Shown here: piece after piece, positions 31,459 through 42,407 of the stretch
Position numbering within the stretch: the first letter of the stretch is position 1
Layout: each line of letters begins with the position of its first letter
Assembly (NCBI GenBank): GCA_943788985.1
Contig: CALSSJ010000005.1
Location: 128,001-192,000, forward strand
Source: an uncultured Lentisphaerales bacterium
Lineage (GTDB): Bacteria > Verrucomicrobiota > Lentisphaeria > JABSQK01 > UBA12247
Reading direction: 5' to 3'
DNA: 64,000 nt
The notes under the pieces: model-generated
Seen by the model: the letters and a program-made list of their open reading frames with translations, nothing else
Database searches by the model: none
What the model was told of the DNA's origin: nothing
Program-made: the position numbers and the translations under genes

Positions 31459-31491
31459 AAGGCCGACCGGGTTCTCCCGGTCGGCCTTTTT
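31459..31491 (+). terminator. Rho-independent terminator
   Basis: AAGGCCGACCGGG-TTCT-CCCGGTCGGCCTTTTT. Confidence 0.85.
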
Positions 31492-31584
31492 GTGTTTATC
31501 CCACGAAATTCGAGTAGACAAGTTGCAGACCGGCGGATAATTGCCAGACTGTAGCGTACCCAAGCTGCACCGAGCACCGCACCG

Positions 31585-32571
31585 ATGACGCATCCCCATT
31601 TTCCCCACGCCCCCCTCGTTCTCCTCCTGGCCCTGCTAACTTTTGCCGCGACGGCTAACTCAGGATTCACCATTCATTCTGCCAAGATAGCCGGGCGCAC
31701 CTACGTCTACGTCGCTGACGTGGCCCGCTACTACGGCTTTCAAGCTGGCATGCGCGGCGAGACCGCAGTCCTGCGCAACGACCAGCGCACCATCGAATTT
31801 ACCAACAACAGTCGCAAAGCCTATTTCGACGGCGTGCTCGTCACCCTGATGTTCGCGCCGCGCATGCACAAGGGAACCTTGACGCTGAGTCATCAGGACT
31901 TTCGGTACTTCGTCGACCCCGTGCTGCGCCCCTGGGGCATTGGCAAGAAGCCAGTGCGCCGCATCGTCCTGGATGTCGGCCATGGCGGTCAGGACGACGG
32001 TGCCAAAGGCACCAAGTTGCTCGAGAAGAACATTAACTTGATGCTTGCTCGCCGGGTGAAATCCATGCTCGAGCAGTACCGCTACGAAGTTCTGCTTACC
32101 CGTAAAGATGACAGCTTCCCCTCGCTCGACGCGCGCACCAAAATGGCCAAGGCTAAGGGCGCTGATCTCTTCATTTCCATTCACAACAACAGCGCGACCG
32201 TGAAAACCGTGAACGGGATCGAGACCTTTCTGGTAACGCCGCAATACGGCGCTTCCATTCACAAGAACGACGTTGAGAAGACCAAAGTCGCCGGTAACGC
32301 TAACGACGCCTACAACGGCCTTCTTGCTTACAGCATTCACCGCCGGCTCATCAGCTACACCAAAGCCAACGACCGTGGCGTGAAGTACCGGCGCTTCAAA
32401 GTCCTACGGGATGCCCATTGCCCCGCCGTCCTGCTCGAAACCGGCTTCCTGAGTAACCGCAAAGAAGAGGCACTGCTGGCGAACGAGGGGTATCAGAACA
32501 AGCTGGCCCGGGCCATCACCCACGGCATTGTCGAGTTTCACCGCGGCATTACCGTTGGGCCCGGCGAGTGA
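31585..32571 (+). CDS. N-acetylmuramoyl-L-alanine amidase (Amidase_3)
   Basis: Signal peptide. LDVGHGG, EK..NL, FISIH.N and AVLLETGFLSN motifs. Confidence 0.92.
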   Translation: MTHPHFPHAPLVLLLALLTFAATANSGFTIHSAKIAGRTYVYVADVARYYGFQAGMRGETAVLRNDQRTIEFTNNSRKAYFDGVLVTLMFAPRMHKGTLTLSHQDFRYFVDPVLRPWGIGKKPVRRIVLDVGHGGQDDGAKGTKLLEKNINLMLARRVKSMLEQYRYEVLLTRKDDSFPSLDARTKMAKAKGADLFISIHNNSATVKTVNGIETFLVTPQYGASIHKNDVEKTKVAGNANDAYNGLLAYSIHRRLISYTKANDRGVKYRRFKVLRDAHCPAVLLETGFLSNRKEEALLANEGYQNKLARAITHGIVEFHRGITVGPGE

Positions 32572-32577
32572 TGGTTT

Positions 32578-32680
32578 GAATATCCGATCGCCAACAGTGA
32601 ATGTCCAATGGCCAAGTCCTGAGCGGGCTCGGCTGTCTTTATTGGGTAATTGGAAATTCCATGTTCGCTGTTGGACATTC
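32578..32680. repeat. ~105 bp palindromic REPIN/MITE-like element, copy 2 (diverged)
   Basis: GAATATCCGATCGCCAACAGTGAATGTCCAATGGCCAAG...TTGGAAATTCCATGTTCGCTGTTGGACATTC, between convergent genes. Confidence 0.7.
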
Positions 32681-32684
32681 TCTC

Positions 32685-33947
32685 TTATTCCGCTAATGCC
32701 TCCACCAGCGGCGCAGTCAGCTGATTGATGTCGCCTGCCCCCAGACTCAAAATCACATCGCCCGGATTTGCGAACTCCGCAATTTCTGCGGCCAGAGCCC
32801 GCCAATGTTTGGTCGCTAGGCAAGCCTGTGGGCCGATTCCGGCCACCAGCGCCTCGACGCCGCCGAGATGCGTGTCATCCATCCAGGCGGCGAAGGTCGG
32901 CAGCACATAAACTCGATCTGCTGCCGCTAACAGCGTTGCGAACTCCGCACCATAGCGTCGCACCCGCTCCCACCGGTGCGGCTCGAAGACCACAATCAAG
33001 CGCCCGCTGTAATCGCCCATGGCTTCTAGGGCCGCTTTTACCTCGACCGGGTGATGCGCGTAATCCTCGATGAAAGTCACGGCTCCCTGAAAACGCAGAC
33101 ACAAGCGCCGGTCTACACCTGGAAAGGTTTGCAGCGCCGAGTCGATCGCTGAGTCCGCAAAACCCAGCTGGGTGAGTGCGGACTTCGCAAGAACGGCGTT
33201 GTAGCGATTATGACGACCCGGAATCGCGACCTCAGTTTCTGCGGACTCCGCAATCAGAATCGGATTGCGATGCGTCTGTGCGATCTCCGCAAGCTCTGGG
33301 CAATCGGGCAGCACGAGCGAGTTGCTTCTGGTTGCGAACTCCGCAAACGCCGCGCGGAGTTTATCGACTGTGCCTACGCTCCAGCAGTGGTCATCGTCCA
33401 TATTGCCGATGATGCCTACGGTGCAGGTCATGTGCGTGAGCGTCGCATCACTCTCGTCCACCTCGCAGATCAATAGCGAGCCGTCTCCGGCCGCAGCGCT
33501 GGGATGATTCGGCACGCTGCCGCCGATGAGGTAGCCAGGAGAGGCTGGCGACACCGCCTGCGCAACGTGGGCCAGCATGGCGGTGATGGTGGTCTTGCCG
33601 TGTGAGCCGGCGACGGCAATCACGCGATCATAGCGTCCTGCGATCTGCGCCAGAAACTCGCCACGGCGGATAGACGGAATGCCCGCGGCTGCGGCGGCCA
33701 GGCGCTCAGGATTGTCTTCTGGTACAGCGGAAGAGTAGATGACTAAGTCGCTGTGCAGGGGCAGGGCCCCGGCCCGGTGACCGATGGTGAGTTGGGCTCC
33801 GAGGCCAGCCAGTTCTTTTGCGGCAGTGCTGGGCACGAGATCACTGCCGCTTACCGAAACGCCAGCCTCGAGTGCGATGCGGCCAAGGCCGGACATGCCA
33901 ACGCCACCGAGCCCGATGAAGTGAAGATTGCGCCAGGGAAGCTGCAT
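32685..33947 (-). CDS. murC: UDP-N-acetylmuramate-L-alanine ligase
   Basis: HFIGLGGVGMSG, GSHGKTT, EVDESD, DYAHHP, FEPHR and GAGDI motifs. Confidence 0.93.
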   Translation of the reverse strand: MQLPWRNLHFIGLGGVGMSGLGRIALEAGVSVSGSDLVPSTAAKELAGLGAQLTIGHRAGALPLHSDLVIYSSAVPEDNPERLAAAAAGIPSIRRGEFLAQIAGRYDRVIAVAGSHGKTTITAMLAHVAQAVSPASPGYLIGGSVPNHPSAAAGDGSLLICEVDESDATLTHMTCTVGIIGNMDDDHCWSVGTVDKLRAAFAEFATRSNSLVLPDCPELAEIAQTHRNPILIAESAETEVAIPGRHNRYNAVLAKSALTQLGFADSAIDSALQTFPGVDRRLCLRFQGAVTFIEDYAHHPVEVKAALEAMGDYSGRLIVVFEPHRWERVRRYGAEFATLLAAADRVYVLPTFAAWMDDTHLGGVEALVAGIGPQACLATKHWRALAAEIAEFANPGDVILSLGAGDINQLTAPLVEALAE

Positions 33948-35254
33948 CAGTCGCGGCTGTGTGTATTGGGGGCAGCTATCGTGTGCTCAGTTCCCTGCAG
34001 TTTGTACTGGAGGAGAACGCGATCCTGGATGCGAAACTTCTCCTCCTCTGAGATGCCAAGTTCGGTAGCCATCGCTGTCAGGCTGGTTGCGTCACTGTCT
34101 GACATATCTCCATCCGAAAGGAGGCGCAGGGCCTCGGCTTCGAAGGTGGCCACCTGCACAAGGGATGGTACGTCCAGCTCCTTGCGAATCGCCTCTTCGA
34201 TGACGCGTGCGCGTCCTGGCTCGATGCGCAAACGCTCGGCGCGGCGGATCAGGTCTCGACGTTCGCCTGGGGAGATAATGTTGTCCAGCAGGGCGAAGCG
34301 CAGAATGTCGGAAAACATATCTTCTCGTTCCTCCTCGGCAGTGGTCTCGGCGTAGACGCGCGCAGAGACCCGAGGCTGCAATTGAGCTAGCACCCGCAGG
34401 ACGGCTGCGGCCGATCGCGGCCGATCCTCGGGGCGCCGCTGCGTCAGCCGATCCACCAGCTGCAGATAGGGAAGCGGCAAGCGGCCGCTTGCTGCCATGG
34501 TGGACCGCCATGGTGCAACTTCGAGCGAATCGTACGCCTCGCTTAGGGATGAGACCCCGCCGATGTCGTAAGGGCGCTCGCCGACTACCAGCTCAAACAT
34601 GAGGATGCCGGCCGCGTAAAGGTCTGCGCGTTGGTCTACGGGCTGGCCGCTGATCATCTGCTCCGGGGCCATGTAGTTGGGGGTCCCCGCCGGAATGGAC
34701 TCAGCGGCGAGAGTTTCTACCGCGATGCCAAAGTCGCTGAGCTGCAGGTGACCGTTGGCATCGAACAGGACATTGGCCGGTTTTACATCGCGATGCACGA
34801 CCCGTGCGCGATGGGCGCTGGCCAGTGCGCCGAAGATCTGCTGTGACCATTCAAGGATCCGGTCGCCCGCAATCGGGCCGGCACCCATTCGATCCTGTAG
34901 GCTGCCTCCGGGAAGGTAGGCCATGATTACGGCGCACTGGTCGTCAGCCTCAACCACGTCGAAGACGGTCGCAAGATTGGGGTGGTCCAGCTGTGCCGCA
35001 ACTCTGGCTTCGAGCAGGAGATCCTCGAAGCCTTGCCCGGACATAGGCTTGAGACACTTGATCGCGACAGCTCGTCCCAAGCGCAGGTCACGTGCCTGGT
35101 AGACGATGCCAAAGGCCCCTGAACCTAGGATGCGTTGGATCTCATAGCGGGCCCCGACTAACTCGCGTACGGCTGGAAAGGGGCCGGTCTGTTCGGCACC
35201 CGAGCCCTGCGTGCGATCCTTGGCTAGCTTCCTTCTGCGCGCACGCCTGAACAT
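33947..35254 (-). CDS. Hanks-type Ser/Thr protein kinase with duplicated helical C-terminal domain
   Basis: LGSGAFG, VAIK, HRDVKPAN, DFG and YMAPE motifs. The C-terminus has D..IS..E...L...A..L.I twice. Confidence 0.92.
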   Translation of the reverse strand: MFRRARRRKLAKDRTQGSGAEQTGPFPAVRELVGARYEIQRILGSGAFGIVYQARDLRLGRAVAIKCLKPMSGQGFEDLLLEARVAAQLDHPNLATVFDVVEADDQCAVIMAYLPGGSLQDRMGAGPIAGDRILEWSQQIFGALASAHRARVVHRDVKPANVLFDANGHLQLSDFGIAVETLAAESIPAGTPNYMAPEQMISGQPVDQRADLYAAGILMFELVVGERPYDIGGVSSLSEAYDSLEVAPWRSTMAASGRLPLPYLQLVDRLTQRRPEDRPRSAAAVLRVLAQLQPRVSARVYAETTAEEEREDMFSDILRFALLDNIISPGERRDLIRRAERLRIEPGRARVIEEAIRKELDVPSLVQVATFEAEALRLLSDGDMSDSDATSLTAMATELGISEEEKFRIQDRVLLQYKLQGTEHTIAAPNTHSRD

Positions 35255-35271
35255 TGCGGTCTTCCTTGCGC

Positions 35272-36996
35272 TTAGCGCATCAACTCGGTGACCTTGTCCT
35301 TGAGAATCCGATTTTCGATCTCAAGCCTTGTCAGCCGCGCTGCATCACTCTTCTTGGCTTCGACGGCTTTTTCAAGCTCTGTATTCTTCTCTTTCAGGTC
35401 CGCGAACGTCTTCTGATCCAAGCCAGCGAGCCCCTGAAGCTTCTTGGTCAGGATTCCCGCGCGAGCTTTGAACTCAGCTGCTTCCTTTCTGGCCGCGAGG
35501 AATGCTGCTGGCGGCACTTTCTGGGCACTCGCTAGCTTGGCTTCAAGCGCCATCTTCTGGTCAAGATACTCTTTGGCCGCGGCCTCGTGGCCCTTGGCTT
35601 TGACGCTGAGAGTGCGGTACTGATCGACCACTGCCTTCAGCTTTCCGTTTGCTGTAGCCAGCTCTTTGCGCATCGCTGGGATCTGCTTTGCCTGAGCACT
35701 GGTCTCCTTCAGGGCTTCCGCGCGTTGCTCAGCCTCGGCTAGTTTTCCCTTAAGTGCTTCACTGCCTTTCGTGAGCTTCACTTTCTCAACGATCAGCTCC
35801 TGCAATTTCCCCTGGAGGACGCCATTTCTGCTGGCAGCCTTGTCGAGGTCAAGTTGGAGCGAGCGAATGCCAGCTTCGCCGTGGGTTTGAGCCTCGGTCT
35901 GCGCGGTCTGCATTTCGGCATTTTCTTTGGTGAGAGCCAGGACTTCGCGCTGTAGTCTCTCATCCTGTTCCTTCATGGCGTCACGGCCGCTCTGGAGCGT
36001 GGCGATTTGCCGCTGCGCGTCCAGGACTTCGCGCTGCAATCGCTCATTCTCTTCCTTCATGGCGTCACGGCCGCTCTGGAGCGTGGCGATTTGCCGCTGC
36101 GCGTCCAGGACTTCGCGCTGCAATCGCTCATTCTGTTCCTTCATGGCGTCACGACCGCTCTGGAGCGTGGCGATTTGCCGCTGCGCGTCCAATAAGCTCC
36201 GCTCTCCCGCTGCCAGCTTCTCGACTTCCCGGCTATCGACCGGCCGCTGGCCAGGCTGGAGCGCATCGGGCAGTGGGTGGGCGCGAAGAGAATCCGCAAG
36301 ATCCCGGGGGGGCTGGGGGCTGGCCCCAGCGGCCATTGCCATTGCCCCGGTGGGGGCCACGGCTTGAGCCTGCGCGGGTGCTTTATTGCGCAACGTTGGT
36401 ATTCGCATTGTCAGCGACCCGGTGTCAGTCGGCCGCTCGAGCGATGAGCGTTGCTTGGGCGATACTGCAGACTGGGAGCCCGGGGCGTCGACGAGCTCGC
36501 CCTGAACCAGCGCGTACGGTAAGCCGGGCGAGTTGGGGAGAACCTTCTTGTTCTCTGGCTCTTCACCTGTCGTCCGGGGGCCGGTTCGGATCTTTGGTTT
36601 AGTGACGACTGGGGTGCTGCTCGGTGTTCGTGGCGACGGTGCTACCGCCTTCGTTGTGTGATCGGCTGGCTGAAGGGTGGGGGCCGACTGCCGCGGGAGC
36701 ACTGGGGGCTTCGGCGGCGCGGGAGCCGTCTTGCCTGGCGGCGCCTTCCGCATGCGCAGGGATTTCTTCTGCGGGGGCGGCGGCGGAGCCTGGCTCTCTA
36801 CCGGAGGAGGCTCGCCCGCTGTATCGATGGGTTCGGTGAGCTTAGGAGTCGGCGGCTTGGCCTTGGCACCCAGTTTGGCCTTGGCACCCGGTTTGGTCTT
36901 GGTACCACGCATGAGCGATCGAGTTGGCTTTTTGCCGCTCTTGGACTTAGACGATCCCAGTCGGATGGGCCGCTTCTTCTTAGGCTCCTCAGCCAT
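35272..36996 (-). CDS. Lys/Pro-rich disordered N-terminus plus long coiled-coil protein
   Basis: ATG overlaps the fucI stop (TGATG). Heptad-rich C-terminal half containing a 28-aa tandem repeat. Confidence 0.75.
   Translation of the reverse strand: MAEEPKKKRPIRLGSSKSKSGKKPTRSLMRGTKTKPGAKAKLGAKAKPPTPKLTEPIDTAGEPPPVESQAPPPPPQKKSLRMRKAPPGKTAPAPPKPPVLPRQSAPTLQPADHTTKAVAPSPRTPSSTPVVTKPKIRTGPRTTGEEPENKKVLPNSPGLPYALVQGELVDAPGSQSAVSPKQRSSLERPTDTGSLTMRIPTLRNKAPAQAQAVAPTGAMAMAAGASPQPPRDLADSLRAHPLPDALQPGQRPVDSREVEKLAAGERSLLDAQRQIATLQSGRDAMKEQNERLQREVLDAQRQIATLQSGRDAMKEENERLQREVLDAQRQIATLQSGRDAMKEQDERLQREVLALTKENAEMQTAQTEAQTHGEAGIRSLQLDLDKAASRNGVLQGKLQELIVEKVKLTKGSEALKGKLAEAEQRAEALKETSAQAKQIPAMRKELATANGKLKAVVDQYRTLSVKAKGHEAAAKEYLDQKMALEAKLASAQKVPPAAFLAARKEAAEFKARAGILTKKLQGLAGLDQKTFADLKEKNTELEKAVEAKKSDAARLTRLEIENRILKDKVTELMR
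35937..36191. repeat. Three near-identical 84-bp tandem repeats (28 aa)
   Basis: CCAGGACTTCGCGC recurs at 35937, 36021 and 36105. The unit encodes LDAQRQIATLQSGRDAMKEQNERLQREV. Confidence 0.95.
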
Positions 36997-38835
36997 CAGG
37001 CGTATACCGGTCCCAGATGTTCGCAAGCGCGAAAATCGTCGCCACCAAATCGATCCCACATGCTCGGACGGAAGATTTCCTCGTCCGCGATATTGTGGAA
37101 GTCTACCGGGATTCGCAGCATGGCGTTGATGGTGATGAGGTCGGCACCGATCAGACCGAATGAATTAGCATCATGATTCGGTCCCATGGCAGACATGTAC
37201 TCGAACGAGGTCATGCCGTATGGCGCCCAGTAGCTCTCGGGCCAAGTCGGGTTCGTGACCTCGGAAATCTTGTCCTCGACCTCAGTGGGCAACGACACCG
37301 TTTCGCCCTCCACAATAGAGACGCTGAGCTTCTGCCCAACGGTGTTGTAGCGGTATGCTGTCATGGGGACTCCGCCGGGTGTTCGATAATGGCTGGAGAG
37401 GCCATCGCCTGGAAAATATTCGAGGATAGCTGCCATGTAATGGGTGCCGCCACAGGCGGCGTCGATCAGCCTCTGCTGCAATTCCTTATCGCCACGAATC
37501 GCGCGTGATACCTCGTGCGGCGCTAAATCGTGGTCTGGGGCGACGAGGCCGATCACGTCGACCGCGAAGTCCAGCGATGCGGCACCGGAGTTTCGCTTAT
37601 CGATCAGGCCGCGAGGCACCAACGCCTCGACATCAACACCGGTCACTTTCTGGATGCTTTCCGGTGTCCAGTTCGTGCGAATGTCGGCGAACAACTGCGG
37701 CAGGCCTGTGAGCAGCTGGGCGACCAGCATGCCGAGCGCATTTTTGCAGTCGTTCTCGGTGGCCACGACGTAGGGCTCGCGCGGGCCATCCCAGTCAAAT
37801 GAGGTCGTGAGAATAGACTCGGTCAGGTCAAAGTTCGGATACAGATCCGTCCACTGGCGTTGGCCTTGGGTGCCAGCTGCGATGGCGTTGTAGCCCTGCG
37901 CATGTTCGACGTCAGCGGTGAAGCCCTGCGCCTTACCGACTGCCGGGTCGGCAAGCCGTGGATTACCCACCATCATGTCCCGGACAATGAGTGTCATCTT
38001 GATCGACTCGGCGAGCAGGTCGTCGTCGCACTTCGGGCCGTTGTCGTTGAACGTGAACTCGAAGCTTTTCTTGAACCAGGCGAAGGCGCGGTCAAACTCT
38101 TCGTGGTCGTAGAGGTTGTGGTCGATGCGCCCGCGAATGGCCACCATGTCGACAAATACCGAGCCCATGCCGAAGTATTTCAGCAGCACGTTACGGACGA
38201 CATCGCTGCCGATGATTCCCATGGATACGCCGCCGACACTTAAGTAGTTCTTACCGCGCATTTCGGAGACTGCTGCGGCGCAACGGGTAAACCGCTGCAG
38301 CCGCTCAGCGACGAATGGTGCCAGTTCGCCTTCTTCGCCTTCGAGATCTGGGTTATAGATCTTGAAGATCGGACGTTCCTTCTCATCCATTGCCGCGCAG
38401 AATGCCTGCAACCAGACAGCGCCGGGGCGATCTGTCTGATTCAAGCCATACGCAGCCTGGTGCCATTCTGTGCTGCCAATGCCTTGGCATGCGGACATCA
38501 GCTCGTCGCTGTAGGCCCAAGAGCGGCTGATCCAGATGTTTGCGGACACGCCTTCGCGTAAGTAGTGCTCCTGTGCCAGGGCCCCAGTCCGGGCGCCATA
38601 GACAATCTCTGGCGGTGTTACCAGGCGAATCGGCGTGCCATCGGGAAGCTGCACATCCTTCAACAGGTTGTACACCGCGTTCGACCAACTGCCAGGTGCC
38701 TTCGACGTTGCCTTCATAGGCACCAGTCCGCCCGTCAACGACTGGCGTGAGGGCGATGGTAGGAACATGTCCGACAAGACGACGGGAAGATGATTGGAAG
38801 GAGCGGACCGAGGAGGCCAGAGCAGAGAAGTCCAT
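36996..38835 (-). CDS. fucI: L-fucose isomerase (frameshift near 38680, probably a sequencing error)
   Basis: N-terminal PTIALTPVVDGR is in one frame. RPGAVWL, SMGIIGS, GTQGQRQWTD, ATEND, FADIRT and MGPNH are in the next frame. Confidence 0.88.
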
Positions 38836-39056
38836 GAAAGCAGCTCTTTAGATAAAGGGAATTTAAGGGGTTCAAGCGCTAAAAACAATGCCAGCAAATT
38901 TCAGGACCGCAATCGCAAAAAGTGCCAAATATCTCCGAGGCGACTGCGGCAGCCAGCGGGGGCGTTGGCGTGGCCGGGAGTCAGGAAGCTGTCGATCCTG
39001 TTCGGTGGGGGCAGGGATACCGATCCGGCGGAAATCCCCGCGGTACCAATCTTCAA

Positions 39057-39286
39057 CGTTTTCGTCAGCAAAGGGGGCAACTTTCGCGGTGTACACGACT
39101 CTTTCGGGGGGCCCAGGTGGACGATAGGGGTGGGCGATTCCATGGGACCACGCCTTCAATCTCTCTCCTCAACCCGATCCGATACGAGGTGTGTAGGAGG
39201 ACGAGCGGTAGCGGTTCCATTTTTCGGCCGGGCCGTGCGGAAAATCATTGCCCAGGCGGAGTGCCCCGATCAAGATCCTTTGCGGC
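39057..39286. repeat. Dispersed ~240 bp repeat, copy B
   Basis: Homologous to 24236-24483, same orientation. Confidence 0.8.
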
Positions 39287-39580
39287 AGGAAACTCAAGGC
39301 GAGCGCAGAGCGCTTGCAACTCACCGTGGATGCTCAGTCGCTTCCCCGCCGCGACTTCGCGCCTGCGAGAATGCAGACGGCACGCCTTGTAACGTTACAG
39401 TGATTGGCGAGGAAACGTAGGATCTCCTTGTTCGCTTTCCCCGTCCACGGGCAGGGCTGCGAGCCGGAGCTTAAGGGCGTCGCCATGACACCCAGCAAAC
39501 TCCGTGCGCTTTGCGCCCGCCTGAACATGGGATAAAAGCTCAATTCCTTGTTCAGTCAGACGCAGGTGCGCAGTGGTCAC
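39245..39580 (-). CDS. DUF167/YggU-family protein (frameshifted in G runs)
   Basis: [28 protein letters not shown]......V.I..G.KSR. Coupled to the leuS stop. End approximate. Confidence 0.75.
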
Positions 39581-42267
39581 GTGGCGACGATGTTCACCAG
39601 GCGGCCAGGAACGCAAATCACCTTCCGTACGGTCAGGCCAGCGATCGCAGCTTGCACGTCCTCATGAGCCAGCGCCGTTTCCTCCATGGTCTTGGCATCG
39701 GCAGTCGGCGGCAAGACGATACGCGCCTTGGGTTTGCCCTTGATCTGGACCAGAATCTCCACCTCGTCCACGGCAGCCAGGGACTCGTCGAACACTGGCC
39801 AAGGCTCGTAGGCCAAGGTATCTGGATTGCCCAGGCGCTGCCAGATTTCTTCGGCCAGGTGAGGCGCGAACGGCGAGACCAGCTTTAGAAAATCCACCAT
39901 CACCTCACGGTTCAACTGCTCCGCGCCAGAGAAAGCGTTGACAAAGATCATCAGCTGGCTGATGCCAGTATTGAAGTCCATCGACTCGATGTCCTTGGTC
40001 ACCTTCCGGATGGTCTGGTGCAGAACGCGTTGCTGCTCACGCGTTGCGGGCTGGTCATTCAGATGCGCGTGACAGGTCCCTTCGATTGCGATAAACAACC
40101 GCCAGACGCGCTGCAAGAACCGATTGACCCCAGCCAGGCTCTCCGTATTCCACGGCTTCGCCGCCTGTAGCGGGCCCATGAACATCTCGTAAAGACGCAA
40201 TGTATCGGCACCGAACTCGTCGACCACGTCGTCGGGATTGACCACATTCTTGAGCGTCTTACTCATCTTCGCCACGATCTGCTTGAGCTGCTGGCCAGTT
40301 TCGATGTGGAAGTAGTTGTTGTCGCGCGTTTCGACCAGATCAGACGCCACTTTGGAGCCGACCGAATCTTCGTAGGCGTGAGCCAGAATCATGCCCTGAT
40401 TGAACAGCTTCTGGAATGGCTCATCGGTACTGACGTGGCCCAGGTCAAACAAGACTTTATGCCAGAACCGTGAATACAGCAGATGCAGCACCGCGTGCTC
40501 CGCGCCGCCGACATACAGGTCTACCGGCATCCAGTACTTCTCGACCTCCGCATCCCAGGCTGCGCTATCATTTTTCGGGTCCATGTAGCGCAGGTAGTAC
40601 CAGCAGGAGCCAGCCCATTGCGGCATGGTGTTGGTCTCGCGGCGGCCCTTGCGCCCGGTTGCCGGATCTACGACGTCGAGCCAGTCGCCGGAATTTGCCA
40701 ACGGGGATTCGCCACCTTCACCCGGGATGTACTCTTGCAGGTCTGGCAAGGTGAGTGGCAGATCGTCTACGTCTACCAGCGAGATCTCGCCGTCTTCCCA
40801 GTGAATGATCGGGAACGGCTCGCCCCAGTACCGCTGCCGGCTGAACAGCCAGTCTCGCAGTTTGTAGTTCACCGTCGCTTCGCCCAAGCCCCGAGCCCCC
40901 AGCCAGTCGATGACCGTGGCGATGCCATCGGCCTTTGACTTGCCGTTGATATCTAGGCCTTCTGCATCATTCGCCGACGAAATATAGACCCCATCCGCGG
41001 TCCAGCAGGCCGCGCCAGTCAGCACCTGGTTGCGGAGTTCGCAATCCTCGGTATCTGGCATCATGATGCAGCGAATCGGCAGCTTGAACATCTTGGCAAA
41101 CTCGAAGTCACGTGAGTCATGCGCCGGAACGGCCATGATGGCCCCAGTGCCGTAGTCCATCAGTACGTAGTCCGCGACCCAGATCGGGATGCGCTCGCCG
41201 TCGACCGGGTTGATCGCGTACGAGCCAGTGAAGACGCCGCTTTTTTCTTGCGCCAGCTCGGTGCGGTCCAGATCAGACTTCAACGCCGCGGCGCTGCAAT
41301 AGGCAGTGACCGCCTCCGCTTGCTCGTCGCTGGTGAGTGTGGCCAGCGACGGATGTTCCGGCGCCACGACCATGTACGTGGCCCCGAACAGCGTGTCGGG
41401 CCGAGTCGTGTAGACGCGCAGCTTGCCGTCGCCCTCCGCGAGCGCAAAGTCCACCTCCGCGCCCGTGCTACGGCCAATCCAGTTGCGCTGCATGTCTTTG
41501 ATGCCTGCCGGCCAGTCGACTGATTGCAGGCCAGCCAACAGCCGTTCTGCGTAATGCGGAATCCGCAACATCCACTGCTTGAGAAAGCGACGCTCGACTT
41601 CTTTGCTGCCGCATTTCTCGTGCGAGCCATCGTTCTGCACTTCTTCGTTGGCGCAGACCGTCCGACATTGACGGCACCACCAAACTTGGGCATCATCATA
41701 ATACGCGAGCCGGTGTTCGCCGCGATAGTCGCGCACGGCTTCGGCGCCTTGCGCCTCGACTTCGGCCGGTATCGGCAGCTCCTGGATCGGGCGGCCGCGC
41801 TGCGCGTCGGCATCAAACCAGGTGCTGTACAGCTGGGTAAAGATCCACTGGGTCCACTTCAAGTAGTCTGGCTGCGTCGTGTTTACCTCGCGATCCCAGT
41901 CATAGGAGAAGCCCAGTGCCTGGATCTGCCGGCGGAACGTATCGCAGTTCTTCTTGGTGGTGATGGCCGGGTGGGTCCCGGTCTGGATCGCGTATTGCTC
42001 GGCTGGCAGGCCGAACGCGTCCCAGCCCATTGGGTGCAGGACGTTGTAGCCGCGCATCCGTTTATAGCGGCACCAGATATCGGTGGCGGTGTAGCCTTCC
42101 GGATGGCCGACATGCAGGCCCGCGCCGCTTGGGTACGGAAACATGTCCAGGACGTAGAGCTTCTCTTTTCCATGATCGACATCAGCCTTAAAGGTCTTAT
42201 TCTGCACCCAGAACTGCTGCCATTTTGGCTCAATGTCGGCCGGGGAATATCGTCCCTTGCTGCTCAT
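39577..42267 (-). CDS. leuS: Leucine-tRNA ligase
   Basis: [26 protein letters not shown] and KMSK motifs. Confidence 0.98.
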   Translation of the reverse strand: MSSKGRYSPADIEPKWQQFWVQNKTFKADVDHGKEKLYVLDMFPYPSGAGLHVGHPEGYTATDIWCRYKRMRGYNVLHPMGWDAFGLPAEQYAIQTGTHPAITTKKNCDTFRRQIQALGFSYDWDREVNTTQPDYLKWTQWIFTQLYSTWFDADAQRGRPIQELPIPAEVEAQGAEAVRDYRGEHRLAYYDDAQVWWCRQCRTVCANEEVQNDGSHEKCGSKEVERRFLKQWMLRIPHYAERLLAGLQSVDWPAGIKDMQRNWIGRSTGAEVDFALAEGDGKLRVYTTRPDTLFGATYMVVAPEHPSLATLTSDEQAEAVTAYCSAAALKSDLDRTELAQEKSGVFTGSYAINPVDGERIPIWVADYVLMDYGTGAIMAVPAHDSRDFEFAKMFKLPIRCIMMPDTEDCELRNQVLTGAACWTADGVYISSANDAEGLDINGKSKADGIATVIDWLGARGLGEATVNYKLRDWLFSRQRYWGEPFPIIHWEDGEISLVDVDDLPLTLPDLQEYIPGEGGESPLANSGDWLDVVDPATGRKGRRETNTMPQWAGSCWYYLRYMDPKNDSAAWDAEVEKYWMPVDLYVGGAEHAVLHLLYSRFWHKVLFDLGHVSTDEPFQKLFNQGMILAHAYEDSVGSKVASDLVETRDNNYFHIETGQQLKQIVAKMSKTLKNVVNPDDVVDEFGADTLRLYEMFMGPLQAAKPWNTESLAGVNRFLQRVWRLFIAIEGTCHAHLNDQPATREQQRVLHQTIRKVTKDIESMDFNTGISQLMIFVNAFSGAEQLNREVMVDFLKLVSPFAPHLAEEIWQRLGNPDTLAYEPWPVFDESLAAVDEVEILVQIKGKPKARIVLPPTADAKTMEETALAHEDVQAAIAGLTVRKVICVPGRLVNIVAT

Positions 42268-42407
42268 CTGCGTCTCTCCATCTATCCTAAACTAGCACAA
42301 GTACTCTACCGCGAGCGAGTCACGAGCATGGCGCAGTGAATTCGCACCCGCTGCAAAGGCGATTATGCTACTGCTTGAGCCATCAGACGAAGCGGGAAGA
42401 AGATCAG

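Noticed and set aside
35937..36191. CRISPR array
   Set aside because: These are contiguous in-frame coding repeats without unique spacers, and no cas genes are present.
10213..41816. Long antisense/alternative-frame ORFs (for example 10213-11289, 19578-20714, 41280-41816)
   Set aside because: They are shadows of well-supported genes in a GC-rich genome and show no recognisable motifs.
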